Shown piece after piece: positions 8,469 to 16,809 of a DNA stretch of 64,000 bases. A program made the position numbers and the translations under genes. The notes under the pieces were generated by a model. That model was not told the DNA's origin. It searched no databases and was given only the letters and a program-made list of their open reading frames with translations. Location: positions 1 to 64,000 of the IMG/VR virus record IMGVR_UViG_3300050146_000027; one strand, written 5' to 3'. The stretch comes from a virus (Duplodnaviria > Caudoviricetes). Each line of letters begins with the position of its first letter. Within the stretch, counting starts at the first letter, position 1.

Positions 8469-8693
8469 TTACTGTCGTTGGATTAGGATTTTGTACGATC
8501 CACTTTCACCTTTGTCATGGCCAATGCCCATGATTCGCAGTGTTGTGAGGATGCTTTTGTAGATCTCTCGTCTCTCTGCAGAGATCTGACGTGAACAACT
8601 CATGGTGGGTGTTTTTTTCTTCTTTCGGATATGCACCCAAACACCAGGGTTGCTCAGCATGTGCTGAAGATACGATTCAGTGCGGGTGTTCAT
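8469..8693 (-). CDS. hypothetical protein, possible paralogue of 305-688
   Basis: Shared Y.Q..L.NPG..V...A(E/D)R...L.TLR...HD pattern. Confidence 0.55.
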   Translation of the reverse strand: MNTRTESYLQHMLSNPGVWVHIRKKKKTPTMSCSRQISAERREIYKSILTTLRIMGIGHDKGESGSYKILIQRQ

Positions 8694-9022
8694 ACCCGTC
8701 CTTCCGTATTTTCCACACAGGGGTCCAAGATCTTGTAGTTGTTGGAGGTATCCCCGTAGCTGCGAACCATTGTGATGACAGGTTCTTTCTTCATGTCCAC
8801 GTATTCAGCTTTGAGTTGCTCAAAGGTGACTTTGTGACCGGCTTTTTGGGCTGCAAACATGAACCGCAGGAATTGGCTTTCCTGCATGTAGATCATATGA
8901 GGCTGAGGAAAAGATTCTCGGATGCTCAAGTGCTCAGACATCAACAAGAGCAGCTTGTCTTGCATTGCCAAACTCAGAGTGATCTTCACTCGCATGTTGG
9001 GGCGTTCAGTGTTCTTGTTCAT
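8690..9022 (-). CDS. hypothetical protein
   Basis: ORF within a tightly packed - strand operon. Confidence 0.55.
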   Translation of the reverse strand: MNKNTERPNMRVKITLSLAMQDKLLLLMSEHLSIRESFPQPHMIYMQESQFLRFMFAAQKAGHKVTFEQLKAEYVDMKKEPVITMVRSYGDTSNNYKILDPCVENTEGRV

Positions 9023-9224
9023 TTTGAATTCCATTGAAGTGACGGCGAATTGCATAACCACGAATCAAACTCCAGATGGTGCACAGCAACACAGTCACAG
9101 TGCCAGCCAGGGTTCGATCGTCAATTTGATGAAGAACTGCCATGGTAATGGCCCATGAGCCAATGATGCCAATCGCAGTTCCAATGCAAACTTCAACCGC
9201 ACTTTGTTTCTTTGTTTGGTTCAT
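9006..9224 (-). CDS. small two-TM phage membrane protein
   Basis: MNQTKKQSAVEV...SLIRGYAIRRHF resembles the common phage family Q(S/T)..xS..E...S..RxY..RR.F. Confidence 0.6.
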   Translation of the reverse strand: MNQTKKQSAVEVCIGTAIGIIGSWAITMAVLHQIDDRTLAGTVTVLLCTIWSLIRGYAIRRHFNGIQNEQEH

Positions 9225-9475
9225 GGTTTGCCCATCAGTTTGGAAATGTTTTCGTCGTGAGCCACATAGAACGCTTCACTGATCTGTTTAGCTTTCTCAC
9301 GAGTAACCCAGAATTGAATTCGTTGACCCCGATGAATCAGATCACCGTTGTCTCCGTAATCGTCCTGAGTCATGATGCTGACCATCACATTGACATGTTG
9401 TCCCGGACGAGGATTGGTATCAATGCGAATGGTGGTACCGCTTGCATCAATAAACATTGGCGCCGGGTTGCCCAT
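9221..9475 (-). CDS. hypothetical protein
   Basis: Operon packing with ATGA overlap. Confidence 0.55.
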   Translation of the reverse strand: MGNPAPMFIDASGTTIRIDTNPRPGQHVNVMVSIMTQDDYGDNGDLIHRGQRIQFWVTREKAKQISEAFYVAHDENISKLMGKP

Positions 9476-9477
9476 GA

Positions 9478-9711
9478 TTACTCCGTACCTGGAATGATGA
9501 ACACCTCAACTGGGAATGGAATTGCCAAGATGTGTTTGATGAAAAATTCACCTTTTGGGGTGACAGCTGCAACATGATCGGAACGATCAAGCAAACCATG
9601 CTTGCACAAGTAGATGAATGCATCTTTCACGGCTGTGCCTTCATTGGTATTGGATCCAGGAGCGTAGTATTGACGCAGCAGAGTCTCAGCAATGACAGGA
9701 GTCTTCAACAT
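9478..9711 (-). CDS. hypothetical protein
   Basis: Operon packing; RBS GAAGG. Confidence 0.5.
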   Translation of the reverse strand: MLKTPVIAETLLRQYYAPGSNTNEGTAVKDAFIYLCKHGLLDRSDHVAAVTPKGEFFIKHILAIPFPVEVFIIPGTE

Positions 9712-9713
9712 GA

Positions 9714-9923
9714 TCACTTTCCTTCTTGGTTCAGCGGAATGGTTTTCCCATTGATGACGCTGTGAGTTGCTTTGCAGCTGAGTACCGCAGGTGTGGCAAT
9801 AGTTGTTTGCCCAGATTCACTGCACTGCTTCACGAGAAGAGCAGCAGTTTGTGAATTGCCTGTCTCAATGCCAGCAAACAAAGCAACTGCCAAAAGTACA
9901 GCTACAAACATGATTTCAGTCAT
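9714..9923 (-). CDS. hypothetical membrane/secreted protein
   Basis: N-terminal hydrophobic segment and two Cys. Confidence 0.55.
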   Translation of the reverse strand: MTEIMFVAVLLAVALFAGIETGNSQTAALLVKQCSESGQTTIATPAVLSCKATHSVINGKTIPLNQEGK

Positions 9924-9995
9924 TGCATTACCGCCATTTCTATCGTGAGTTGCAGTTATTTAATTCAAGAAAAGAATGACGGTAATCTAGCCTAG

Positions 9996-10026
9996 AAAAA
10001 ACAAAGCCCACCATGAAGGTGGGCTT
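9996..10026 (-). terminator. intrinsic terminator after the decoration-protein gene
   Basis: - strand AAGCCCACC-TTCAT-GGTGGGCTT then TGTTTTTT. Confidence 0.8.
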
Positions 10027-10044
10027 GTCTCGGAGACGGACTGC

Positions 10045-10557
10045 TTACGCCACAGTGATGTTGATCGTGTCCGTCTTGTTGCCAGCACCAGTGATGGTGA
10101 TGACAGTGGCACCAGCTTGCACACCAGTGATCAGACCAGTGGCACTCACAGTGGCCTTGCCAGGAACGCTGGACACGTAGGTCAGGCGTTTGTCACTGGC
10201 ATTGGCTGGAGTGAATGCTGTGGCGATCTGTCGGGTGGCACCGACTGCCAGGTTGCCTGCAGCGGCCGTGGCGTCAATCGACACCAGATCCACCAGAGGG
10301 AAAGCCAGCGTGGTCTGAATGCTGATGTTGGCCATGTCCGTGATGTTGTCAGGGAACGTGGCATTCGCGGTGGGGTTGGTAGCCGAACGCTTGTACAGCA
10401 GATCACGCACGCCATGATAGATCACCACTGAATCGGGGTAGTCGATGTCGGGGTGTTGAAAGGTGCCAATGGCAACAGAACCGCCAGGAACAGCAATGCC
10501 GTTCAGGTTGACGTTGACCATCTTGGTAGTCGGGTTGTAGGTAGCACGAAGCAGCAT
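10045..10557 (-). CDS. capsid decoration protein, N4 gp17-like, with one C-terminal Ig-like (Big_2) domain
   Basis: N-terminus MLLRATYNPTT...HGVRDLLYK; Ig motif FTPANASDKRLTYVSSVPGKATVSATGLITGVQAG. Confidence 0.8.
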   Translation of the reverse strand: MLLRATYNPTTKMVNVNLNGIAVPGGSVAIGTFQHPDIDYPDSVVIYHGVRDLLYKRSATNPTANATFPDNITDMANISIQTTLAFPLVDLVSIDATAAAGNLAVGATRQIATAFTPANASDKRLTYVSSVPGKATVSATGLITGVQAGATVITITGAGNKTDTINITVA

Positions 10558-10573
10558 ATCAATCTCCTAGCAG

Positions 10574-10609
10574 AAAAAACAAAGGGACACCTCCCGAAGG
10601 AGATGTCCC
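10574..10609 (-). terminator. intrinsic terminator after RNAP2
   Basis: - strand GGGACATCTCC-TTCG-GGAGGTGTCCC then TTTGTTTTTT. Confidence 0.85.
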
Positions 10610-10616
10610 GATGTTA

Positions 10617-11870
10617 TCAGCTCAAGGCATATTCGGCCAAGCCGATGTCTTGCCAGAGAGATTCATCCAATTTCCCGATGCTCACATTCCTTCCCAGGAT
10701 TTGGCACAGGATCGACTGCAGCAGCTTCGATTTGGCAATCAGCTGCAGTTGCAGTGTGTATTGACGACGGAGGTCATTGCCGTAGTTAGGCAAGCAGCGG
10801 AAGCAGTCATGTACAGCCAGAACCTCGAAGGGTTTGGCCGGCAAGCTGTCCAACAATTCCAGGATCACTGAGTGCTGAACCAGATGCAGGTTGTGCAGGT
10901 TCAGGTGGTCAATGATTCTGGCCGACAGGTAGCCAGACTCTTCGTAGTGTGCCCACAAGGTGCGGACCATGTCTGCATTCTCATCGTCATCGAACAGCAC
11001 AGCCAGTTCATTGCCGTCAGCCAGATACGCCATGTAATCACGCAAGGCTTGCACCTTGGCTGCATCGTAGTTGCAGCGACGTACCATTTCACGAACGATC
11101 ATGCCGTCAATGCTGTGGGTGGTGTTGGCACCCAACGATCGACCCTCATCCATTGGCATGTTGACCGTGCGAAAGGTCTCATAGGGCTTGTTCATGAAGT
11201 GCACTGACTCCATGACACGGCTCATCACCTTCACATGGACATGGAAGTTGTCCGGCAGCACCCACGAGTTGATGGTTGCATTGGGGTTCCACATCTGGAT
11301 AAAGGCTTCGTTGAGCTCCCAGACTGCCGGAGCCACGCTCTGCATGGTGTCTTCGAACACCTTGAGCAGCATGCCCTCACCAAAGACTTCTTTGGGCACA
11401 GCACGGGAACCGTACAGTGCCGTCATGATGGCTTCCTTGGTTTTCTCACGGGTGATCTTGGCAGACTCGCCCAGCACAGCCAGCATGGCTTGGTAGATCA
11501 CTGTGTAGCCGTCACGGCGCTCAGCTTCTGCCTCTGGACTGAAGTCCAGCTTTTGTGTCTTGATCACATTGACCACATTGCACAGCTCAGCTGCTTTGCG
11601 GTCACCAGTCAGTGCAGCCAGGATCTGCAGACCAGAGCTGGTTGCATCCAGGGAGATCGGATAGCCTGAAGGCTTGCCGGCCTTGATGTCTTGCCAAGCA
11701 GTGACACCAGCAAAGTACAGAGCGGGCTCTGCAGCTTGAGGCAGCACTTCCATGAGTTGCGGTTCATGGCGATCGAACCAGTCGATGCGTTCCTTCCAGG
11801 TTTTCTTGTCCAAGCCAAAGTTGTTGGCGATGTCGATCTTCAAATAGGTTTTTCCATCAAAGAGTTGCAT
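10617..11870 (-). CDS. RNA polymerase II subunit 2 (N4 gp16-like, T7-type catalytic half)
   Basis: MQLFDGKTYLKIDIANNFGLDK; motif A LDATSSGLQ; motif B REKTKEAIMTALYGS; motif C VHDCF. Confidence 0.95.
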   Translation of the reverse strand: MQLFDGKTYLKIDIANNFGLDKKTWKERIDWFDRHEPQLMEVLPQAAEPALYFAGVTAWQDIKAGKPSGYPISLDATSSGLQILAALTGDRKAAELCNVVNVIKTQKLDFSPEAEAERRDGYTVIYQAMLAVLGESAKITREKTKEAIMTALYGSRAVPKEVFGEGMLLKVFEDTMQSVAPAVWELNEAFIQMWNPNATINSWVLPDNFHVHVKVMSRVMESVHFMNKPYETFRTVNMPMDEGRSLGANTTHSIDGMIVREMVRRCNYDAAKVQALRDYMAYLADGNELAVLFDDDENADMVRTLWAHYEESGYLSARIIDHLNLHNLHLVQHSVILELLDSLPAKPFEVLAVHDCFRCLPNYGNDLRRQYTLQLQLIAKSKLLQSILCQILGRNVSIGKLDESLWQDIGLAEYALS

Positions 11871-11871
11871 T

Positions 11872-12372
11872 TTATTTACTCCGTGGTCGTCGGTTATTCG
11901 CTTGTTCTTTGCGAGTAGCCCAGCGACAGTTATTAGGGGCATAGTTGCCATCGTTATCCATACGATCAATGGTCAGTTCATCGGCATATCCCGATTTGCG
12001 TGCCCATTGAGCGAAGGTCTCGAAGTCATCCCATGCAGGACAGATCGTTATTCCACGAGCACCGTAGTAGCTGTAGTTAACTGAGTTTGCGTTGTTGCAA
12101 CGATCACGCATGCTTCGCCAGATCGTATGCAAGCGCGTGCCTGTTTGGCCATGTACTCGTGACATGTCGCCAGTCGTCTCACGACGGTAGCATCCACAAG
12201 ATGTGGTTGTGCCTTTAGTCAGTGCGACCAGAAACACAATGGTCTCTGTTCCGCACTCGCAAAGGCAGTGCATTTTTCGCACCATACGCCCATTGGGCAT
12301 CTGTGCAGGCACTGCTTCTTCAACTACTGTGAGGCGTCCAAAGGTTTGTCCGAGTACATCGAGTCGTCGCAT
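11872..12372 (-). mobile_element. free-standing HNH homing endonuclease
   Basis: [22 protein letters not shown]; YGARGITIC; [21 protein letters not shown]. Confidence 0.9.
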
Positions 12373-12380
12373 GGTAGCTC

Positions 12381-12428
12381 CTAAAAACTGATGAAGTATT
12401 GTATGCTATTTCCGGTAAATGTTTGCAT
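12381..12428 (-). pseudogene. 15-codon relic of the original RNAP2 5' end
   Basis: GGAG RBS then ATG CAA ACA TTT ACC GGA AAT (MQTFTGN), versus the RNAP2 start ATG CAA CTC TTT GAT GGA AAA (MQLFDGK). Confidence 0.65.
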
Positions 12429-12464
12429 TTCTCTGCTCCATTGCTTCTTGAGAAGGTTGTTGAA

Positions 12465-12794
12465 TTAGCGAGTAATCGCCCGCACTCTGTCTTTGCATGG
12501 TGACTCAGGGTACTTGTCAGAACCCTTGAGCACACCACAGACTTTGCACATCTGCAGCTTGTAAAGCATGCTCGTTACTTTGAATCCAGCTTGCTCACCA
12601 GTGATCCAAGCATGTTTGAGTTTGCCGTCCTCACGGTAGACAAGCAGTTCTTGATTGAGTGACTCGATCACATTGCTGATGACCGTTTCACTCTCCTCTT
12701 TGAGTTGCTCACGCACCCAACCTGGCAAGTCCATTTGTTCGGACTTGAACCAGGCTGGGATCAGTGATGCAGCGACTTCGTCTGCCTCAGTCAT
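12465..12794 (-). CDS. hypothetical protein with C-terminal CxxC...C
   Basis: ORF between the RNAP subunit genes. Confidence 0.55.
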   Translation of the reverse strand: MTEADEVAASLIPAWFKSEQMDLPGWVREQLKEESETVISNVIESLNQELLVYREDGKLKHAWITGEQAGFKVTSMLYKLQMCKVCGVLKGSDKYPESPCKDRVRAITR

Positions 12795-12964
12795 GGGGCT
12801 TTACTCCCACAAGAGTTGCAACAGTAGCCCCGCATCACAGGCCACTTGCAATGGCGGCATGTGTAGATCTGCGGTGCCCATTCAGTGAGCATTTCAAGCT
12901 TTCTTTCCTCAAACTGCTTTGAAGTCGGTGGGCTTGGCAACTTGCGTTTTTCTTCATCAGTCAT
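12791..12964 (-). CDS. small zinc-finger protein
   Basis: CRHC...CCNSC; ATGA overlap with the RNAP1 stop. Confidence 0.55.
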   Translation of the reverse strand: MTDEEKRKLPSPPTSKQFEERKLEMLTEWAPQIYTCRHCKWPVMRGYCCNSCGSKAP

Positions 12965-13776
12965 TCGACATGCTCCTTGTTGGCGAATTGAATTACTGCC
13001 TTGTTCCACGCAGCACCTTGATAGGTGACGTGGTAGCCCTGGCAGTACGTGCGACCACGCTTGTCGTACTTGTGGGTCAAATAGAAATCTGATCCCTCAC
13101 GTTGAAGCAGGTCGATGACATCTCGTGCAGTGCGATCGTATTTCTCGAAGGCACGCCGGCGACGATCAAAGTCGGCCTTGGTCTCGCCCTCTTTGGGCTT
13201 GTCCAGATTCCGCCACTTGTTCTTCACCATCTGAGCAGTGCGATGATCGATGGTCAGCTTGATGGCATTCATGCGGTTGATGTGGTCGAGACACACATCA
13301 TCATCATGGTGGTTGTTCCGGAGAATGACTGACCCCTTGGAGGTCAGGTAGCCATTCTCTTTGTTGGTTCCCACGAACTTCGGAGGTACCACCATTGGCA
13401 GAGGGAACTGGAAGCGATCCAGTTCTTCTTGCACCTTTTCGGAGACTGTGAACTTGACGATGAATGTCTCCAGGACAGGGTCCCAGTCCATGAGATCAGC
13501 CTCAGCACTGCGATACAGCAGATCAGCACACTCTTGTGGATCACGAGTGAGATGCTGCAAGCAGCCCACCATGATTGGCAGAGATGCGCGTTTGTGCAGT
13601 GCCATTTGTGTGAGCACTTCAATGGCAAAGCCTGATGGAATGCCTTTGCTCTCGGCGTATTTCATGAAGTCGAATTCGCTGCAGCCAGCGAACTCTGCAC
13701 GAATGCGAGGGAGCAACTGGTTTTTGTTGAACAGTTGTTCCAGTTGGATCTGATGCTGCTTTTTGGCGTCTCGCAT
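12961..13776 (-). CDS. RNA polymerase II subunit 1 (N4 gp15-like)
   Basis: LEQLFNKNQL, FPLPMVVPP, DDVCLDHIN, THKYDKRGRTYCQGYHV (DxRGR motif). Confidence 0.93.
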   Translation of the reverse strand: MRDAKKQHQIQLEQLFNKNQLLPRIRAEFAGCSEFDFMKYAESKGIPSGFAIEVLTQMALHKRASLPIMVGCLQHLTRDPQECADLLYRSAEADLMDWDPVLETFIVKFTVSEKVQEELDRFQFPLPMVVPPKFVGTNKENGYLTSKGSVILRNNHHDDDVCLDHINRMNAIKLTIDHRTAQMVKNKWRNLDKPKEGETKADFDRRRRAFEKYDRTARDVIDLLQREGSDFYLTHKYDKRGRTYCQGYHVTYQGAAWNKAVIQFANKEHVE

Positions 13777-13791
13777 TTGATGCTCCTTGAT

Positions 13792-14010
13792 TCAGTTGGG
13801 ATTGATTGCTGGACGAGCAATCTGTTGAACGATGGTTGTCTCGATTTTCACGAGAGCCAGTCGAAGATAGAACTCTTTGTGCTTCTCAGCCAAGAGTTTC
13901 TTGGCAAGCCAGACTTCAGCATCTCGTTGTGAGAGCAGTTCTTGAGCTACACCACCAGCAGCTGTTTGCCACTGGTACACAGAACGCTGGATCGTATTTT
14001 CTTTGCACAT
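13792..14010 (-). CDS. hypothetical protein
   Basis: RBS AAGGA; operon packing. Confidence 0.55.
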   Translation of the reverse strand: MCKENTIQRSVYQWQTAAGGVAQELLSQRDAEVWLAKKLLAEKHKEFYLRLALVKIETTIVQQIARPAINPN

Positions 14011-14032
14011 GATTGATCCTTAATCGGTTGGT

Positions 14033-14416
14033 TTAGAAAGTGCCCCAGTAGTCATAGCCCGCTCCGAGTAATGGTTCCCATTCCAGATCGAAGTGGCAAT
14101 TCCTCGGTGCTCCGATGAACATCGGAGCAATCTCCGAATCTTTGAGACCAGCCAAGCCACAGCCAATCCGTGTCACTTGGAACACTAGCTTGGGATGATC
14201 TTTGGCGTAGGCAATGAAGCCTTTGATGTACAGATCGATGCGGCCTGTGGGCAGCGTCTCGATGTACTCATCTTTGGTTGGGATAGCGAACGAGTCACCG
14301 CAGTGCCCATAGCTGAAACCCCAACGTGCACCATGCTTCTGGTATGCAGTCTTTGCTGCACCAGCACCATGTACACCGGCAGCATTACTACCGAATACAA
14401 AAACTCGTTTGGACAT
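14033..14416 (-). CDS. N4 gp14-like protein, macrodomain-like
   Basis: VFVFGSNAAGVHGAGAA..AIPTK..VTRIGCGLAG. Confidence 0.75.
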   Translation of the reverse strand: MSKRVFVFGSNAAGVHGAGAAKTAYQKHGARWGFSYGHCGDSFAIPTKDEYIETLPTGRIDLYIKGFIAYAKDHPKLVFQVTRIGCGLAGLKDSEIAPMFIGAPRNCHFDLEWEPLLGAGYDYWGTF

Positions 14417-14436
14417 GTTCTTTCCTTGGTTCAGAT

Positions 14437-14778
14437 TTAGCAATGGTTTTTGGCCCACTGCAGTCGTTTGGGGTTGATGTGGCAGGTGTCCTGTCTCATT
14501 TCAATGCTCATGGAGTTCTCGTCCTTTGAGTACCTGTTGAATGGGTATTGCTTGTCTAACCCAGCTTCAACAAATTGCCTGATCATTTCCCCGGCATACA
14601 TCGTGTGATGACCATAGCAACTGTGCTGAAAACAAAACAATCGAAGATTTCCGCAGAGGCCGACACCACGCAAGAACTCAAAAGGATTCTTGGGGTGAAG
14701 AACAGTCTCTGGGGCACCAACATCAAGCCAATCGACATAAGCTTGATAGAAGGCAGTCAGTTCGTCAGATTGACTCAT
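14437..14778 (-). CDS. hypothetical protein
   Basis: RBS AAGG; ends with ..RLQWAKNHC. Confidence 0.6.
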   Translation of the reverse strand: MSQSDELTAFYQAYVDWLDVGAPETVLHPKNPFEFLRGVGLCGNLRLFCFQHSCYGHHTMYAGEMIRQFVEAGLDKQYPFNRYSKDENSMSIEMRQDTCHINPKRLQWAKNHC

Positions 14779-14816
14779 GGGAACCTTTCATGTGTTTAGC
14801 GATAGGCGCGAGAATA

Positions 14817-14842
14817 CAAACACCGCCCGCTGGCGGTGTTTG
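14817..14842. terminator. terminator-like hairpin
   Basis: CAAACACCGCC-CGCT-GGCGGTGTTTG. Confidence 0.65.
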
Positions 14843-14857
14843 GTTCGAGCTAAAGCT

Positions 14858-15016
14858 TTAGCAGATCACATCAGTCTCAACCCTTACCCGCTCACGCAAG
14901 TAAAAGAAGACTTCAGTTTCCCAACTGTCTTGTCGGTTTTCGATGAACCACCACAGTGCAACTGTGGTGGGCAACGTTTCCAGATAGGCAATCACTTCTT
15001 TAGGTGTCATGTTCAT
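14858..15016 (-). CDS. small hypothetical protein (52 aa; not in the ORF track)
   Basis: MNMTPKEVIAYLETLPTTVALWWFIEN...; ATGA overlap with the SLOG gene stop. Confidence 0.55.
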   Translation of the reverse strand: MNMTPKEVIAYLETLPTTVALWWFIENRQDSWETEVFFYLRERVRVETDVIC

Positions 15017-15561
15017 ACTGCTCCCAGTGGCACATGAATACGCAACTTGTCAGCTGCCATGTCCCATGTCATTTTGGTGCCACCATCAGCTGGCACATCA
15101 CCTTCAGCAAAGGTGAACGCCACCATATGGGTACAGGTGTTGCCCACCTTGCGATTGCGTGCAGCGAATGCACCGTAGCCAGAGCTGGCAGGTTCTTCAG
15201 TGATGGCCACCGAAGATCGGTACATGAATGCTTGCTTGATGTGGTCCAAGGACTTGAATCCCATGACCTCACTAAACAGCCCGTGGTAGTAGTTGCAAGT
15301 CTGGCCAGCACTCATGCTTGGGCCTTCGAACTTGCCATTCACGAATGGTGCAGGCAGATGCAGGATCAGGCTCTTCACCAGCCCAGTGCCATAGGCCCAG
15401 ATGGCAACATGGTCAGCCCAGGCAGCACCACCAGACACGAGCGTGTCTTCTGGCTTGACCTCAGCAGCGATTGTTTCACACATGAAGTCCCAATGTTTGT
15501 CAGTCATGGGACGCGTCTTGTCTCGGCCAGCTGTGCCGATGACTGCGATGATTCGAGACAT
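15013..15561 (-). CDS. SLOG-superfamily (DprA/YpsA-like Rossmann fold) protein
   Basis: IIAVIGTAGR, LVSGGAAWADHVA, AARNRKV, GGTKMTW. Confidence 0.75.
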   Translation of the reverse strand: MSRIIAVIGTAGRDKTRPMTDKHWDFMCETIAAEVKPEDTLVSGGAAWADHVAIWAYGTGLVKSLILHLPAPFVNGKFEGPSMSAGQTCNYYHGLFSEVMGFKSLDHIKQAFMYRSSVAITEEPASSGYGAFAARNRKVGNTCTHMVAFTFAEGDVPADGGTKMTWDMAADKLRIHVPLGAV

Positions 15562-15566
15562 GGTCT

Positions 15567-15581
15567 CTCCTATTTAGGTTG
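15567..15581 (-). repeat. 15-nt motif CAACCTAAATAGGAG, copy 1 of 3
   Basis: Exact copies at 15567, 16440 and 16810, each just upstream of an ATG. Confidence 0.85.
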
Positions 15582-15585
15582 AGGT

Positions 15586-15954
15586 TTATTTGACGATCTC
15601 AACGATAAAGTTGGGATGTTTCCCTTTCCATCGTTTGATGGCAGCTTCACAAGCCTTGCGTGTGGTAAAGCATTGCTGGGCTCTGTTGTCGTAGCACCAG
15701 CCACGAATACCCAGGTCACCTGGGAAAATGACAGAACCACGATCATCAATCTCCATGACTGCCCCAAAATAGAGCTCAGAGTCACTGATCTGATTTGCTG
15801 ATACAGCCCTCCAGTAATCGTTTTCACGAGCACTGATGCGGATGCAGACCGCAAAGTTTTTGCCCCCGAGGGTCTTTCTCGAATAGCCTGGGATGAAGGC
15901 AAGAGCACCTGGCTTGAGTGTCTTCTTGCTGTGGGTTGTTGAGCGGATTGGCAT
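15586..15954 (-). CDS. hypothetical protein
   Basis: RBS AAGGA; operon packing. Confidence 0.55.
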   Translation of the reverse strand: MPIRSTTHSKKTLKPGALAFIPGYSRKTLGGKNFAVCIRISARENDYWRAVSANQISDSELYFGAVMEIDDRGSVIFPGDLGIRGWCYDNRAQQCFTTRKACEAAIKRWKGKHPNFIVEIVK

Positions 15955-15977
15955 GGCTTCTTAATCCTTTTCTTGAT

Positions 15978-16433
15978 TCAGTGTTGAGAGTTGAGCTTCA
16001 GTTCTATACGAACTGCTTTGTCCACGAGTTCTTTGATGTAGTCACCGTGGCATTGTTGTGGTGCGCAGAAGCAGACCAGATTGACTGGCATGCCTTTGAG
16101 CACCTTGTTGGCGATGTCGTCAAGCTCTTTGATCACAGGCTTGTCTGCCTGCGAGAGCTTTGTGGTCAGCCATCCAGCGTAGAGAGCACAGACCATCTTG
16201 CGAGGGACTGATGCTGTGATGGCATGGGGATTGCCCAGCCTGGAGCCACGGCCGATGTACACGTCATCAGGTGTGGGTACATGGGTGTGCTTGTTGACCA
16301 CGGTCACCTTCCCAGGTGCCACGGCTGCATGCAAGAGCATGACAGCGTGATTTGCCCAATCAGCTTTGGTGCGGCAACGGCCACACTTGAAGTCCCAGTT
16401 GGACTGGAGGCCTTTCTTGCATGCGCATTGCAT
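15978..16433 (-). CDS. DUF4326 family protein with N-terminal Cys cluster
   Basis: DVYIGRGSRLGNPH...LVCFCAPQQCHGDYI. Confidence 0.85.
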   Translation of the reverse strand: MQCACKKGLQSNWDFKCGRCRTKADWANHAVMLLHAAVAPGKVTVVNKHTHVPTPDDVYIGRGSRLGNPHAITASVPRKMVCALYAGWLTTKLSQADKPVIKELDDIANKVLKGMPVNLVCFCAPQQCHGDYIKELVDKAVRIELKLNSQH

Positions 16434-16439
16434 GGTTTT

Positions 16440-16454
16440 CTCCTATTTAGGTTG
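16440..16454 (-). repeat. 15-nt motif, copy 2
   Basis: CTCCTATTTAGGTTG on the + strand. Confidence 0.85.
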
Positions 16455-16593
16455 GTGGGAACTTGCCATTGATCCAGTTGGTCACGTCATCCCAGGCCAT
16501 GCGGCACAAGATGCACAGAACAAAGATAGGACCCCAGGCCATGATGGTTGCCATCAAGAACAGCCTGAGAAGGACTTTTTGTTTCTTGGTCAT
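16447..16593 (-). CDS. small membrane protein (48 aa; not in the ORF track)
   Basis: MTKKQKVLLRLFLMATIMAWGPIFVLCILCRMAW...; RBS GAGG. Confidence 0.55.
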   Translation of the reverse strand: MTKKQKVLLRLFLMATIMAWGPIFVLCILCRMAWDDVTNWINGKFPPT

Positions 16594-16605
16594 GTGACCT
16601 CTTAT

Positions 16606-16803
16606 TTATGTCGCGTCGTAGGCCAAGATCAGGCCTTGGATTGCCAGGACAGCCATGAAGATCCACATGACAAACATGAGGTAATGCTTTGGGGGAATCA
16701 CCAACTGGTCTTTTGTGACCATAACGATGATGTTCAAGAGGAGCACAACACCGTCAGTGAATGTCAGTGTGTTGATCCCAGCTTGAATGAAAAAGTTGAG
16801 CAT
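16606..16803 (-). CDS. small two-TM membrane protein
   Basis: Hydrophobic 65 aa; RBS AGGAG. Confidence 0.6.
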   Translation of the reverse strand: MLNFFIQAGINTLTFTDGVVLLLNIIVMVTKDQLVIPPKHYLMFVMWIFMAVLAIQGLILAYDAT

Positions 16804-16809
16804 GATCTA

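Noticed and set aside
11872-12428. Group I intron in RNAP2
   Set aside because: Non-coding flanks total about 60 nt, no P/Q/R/S core is recognisable, and RNAP2 has its own RBS and ATG.
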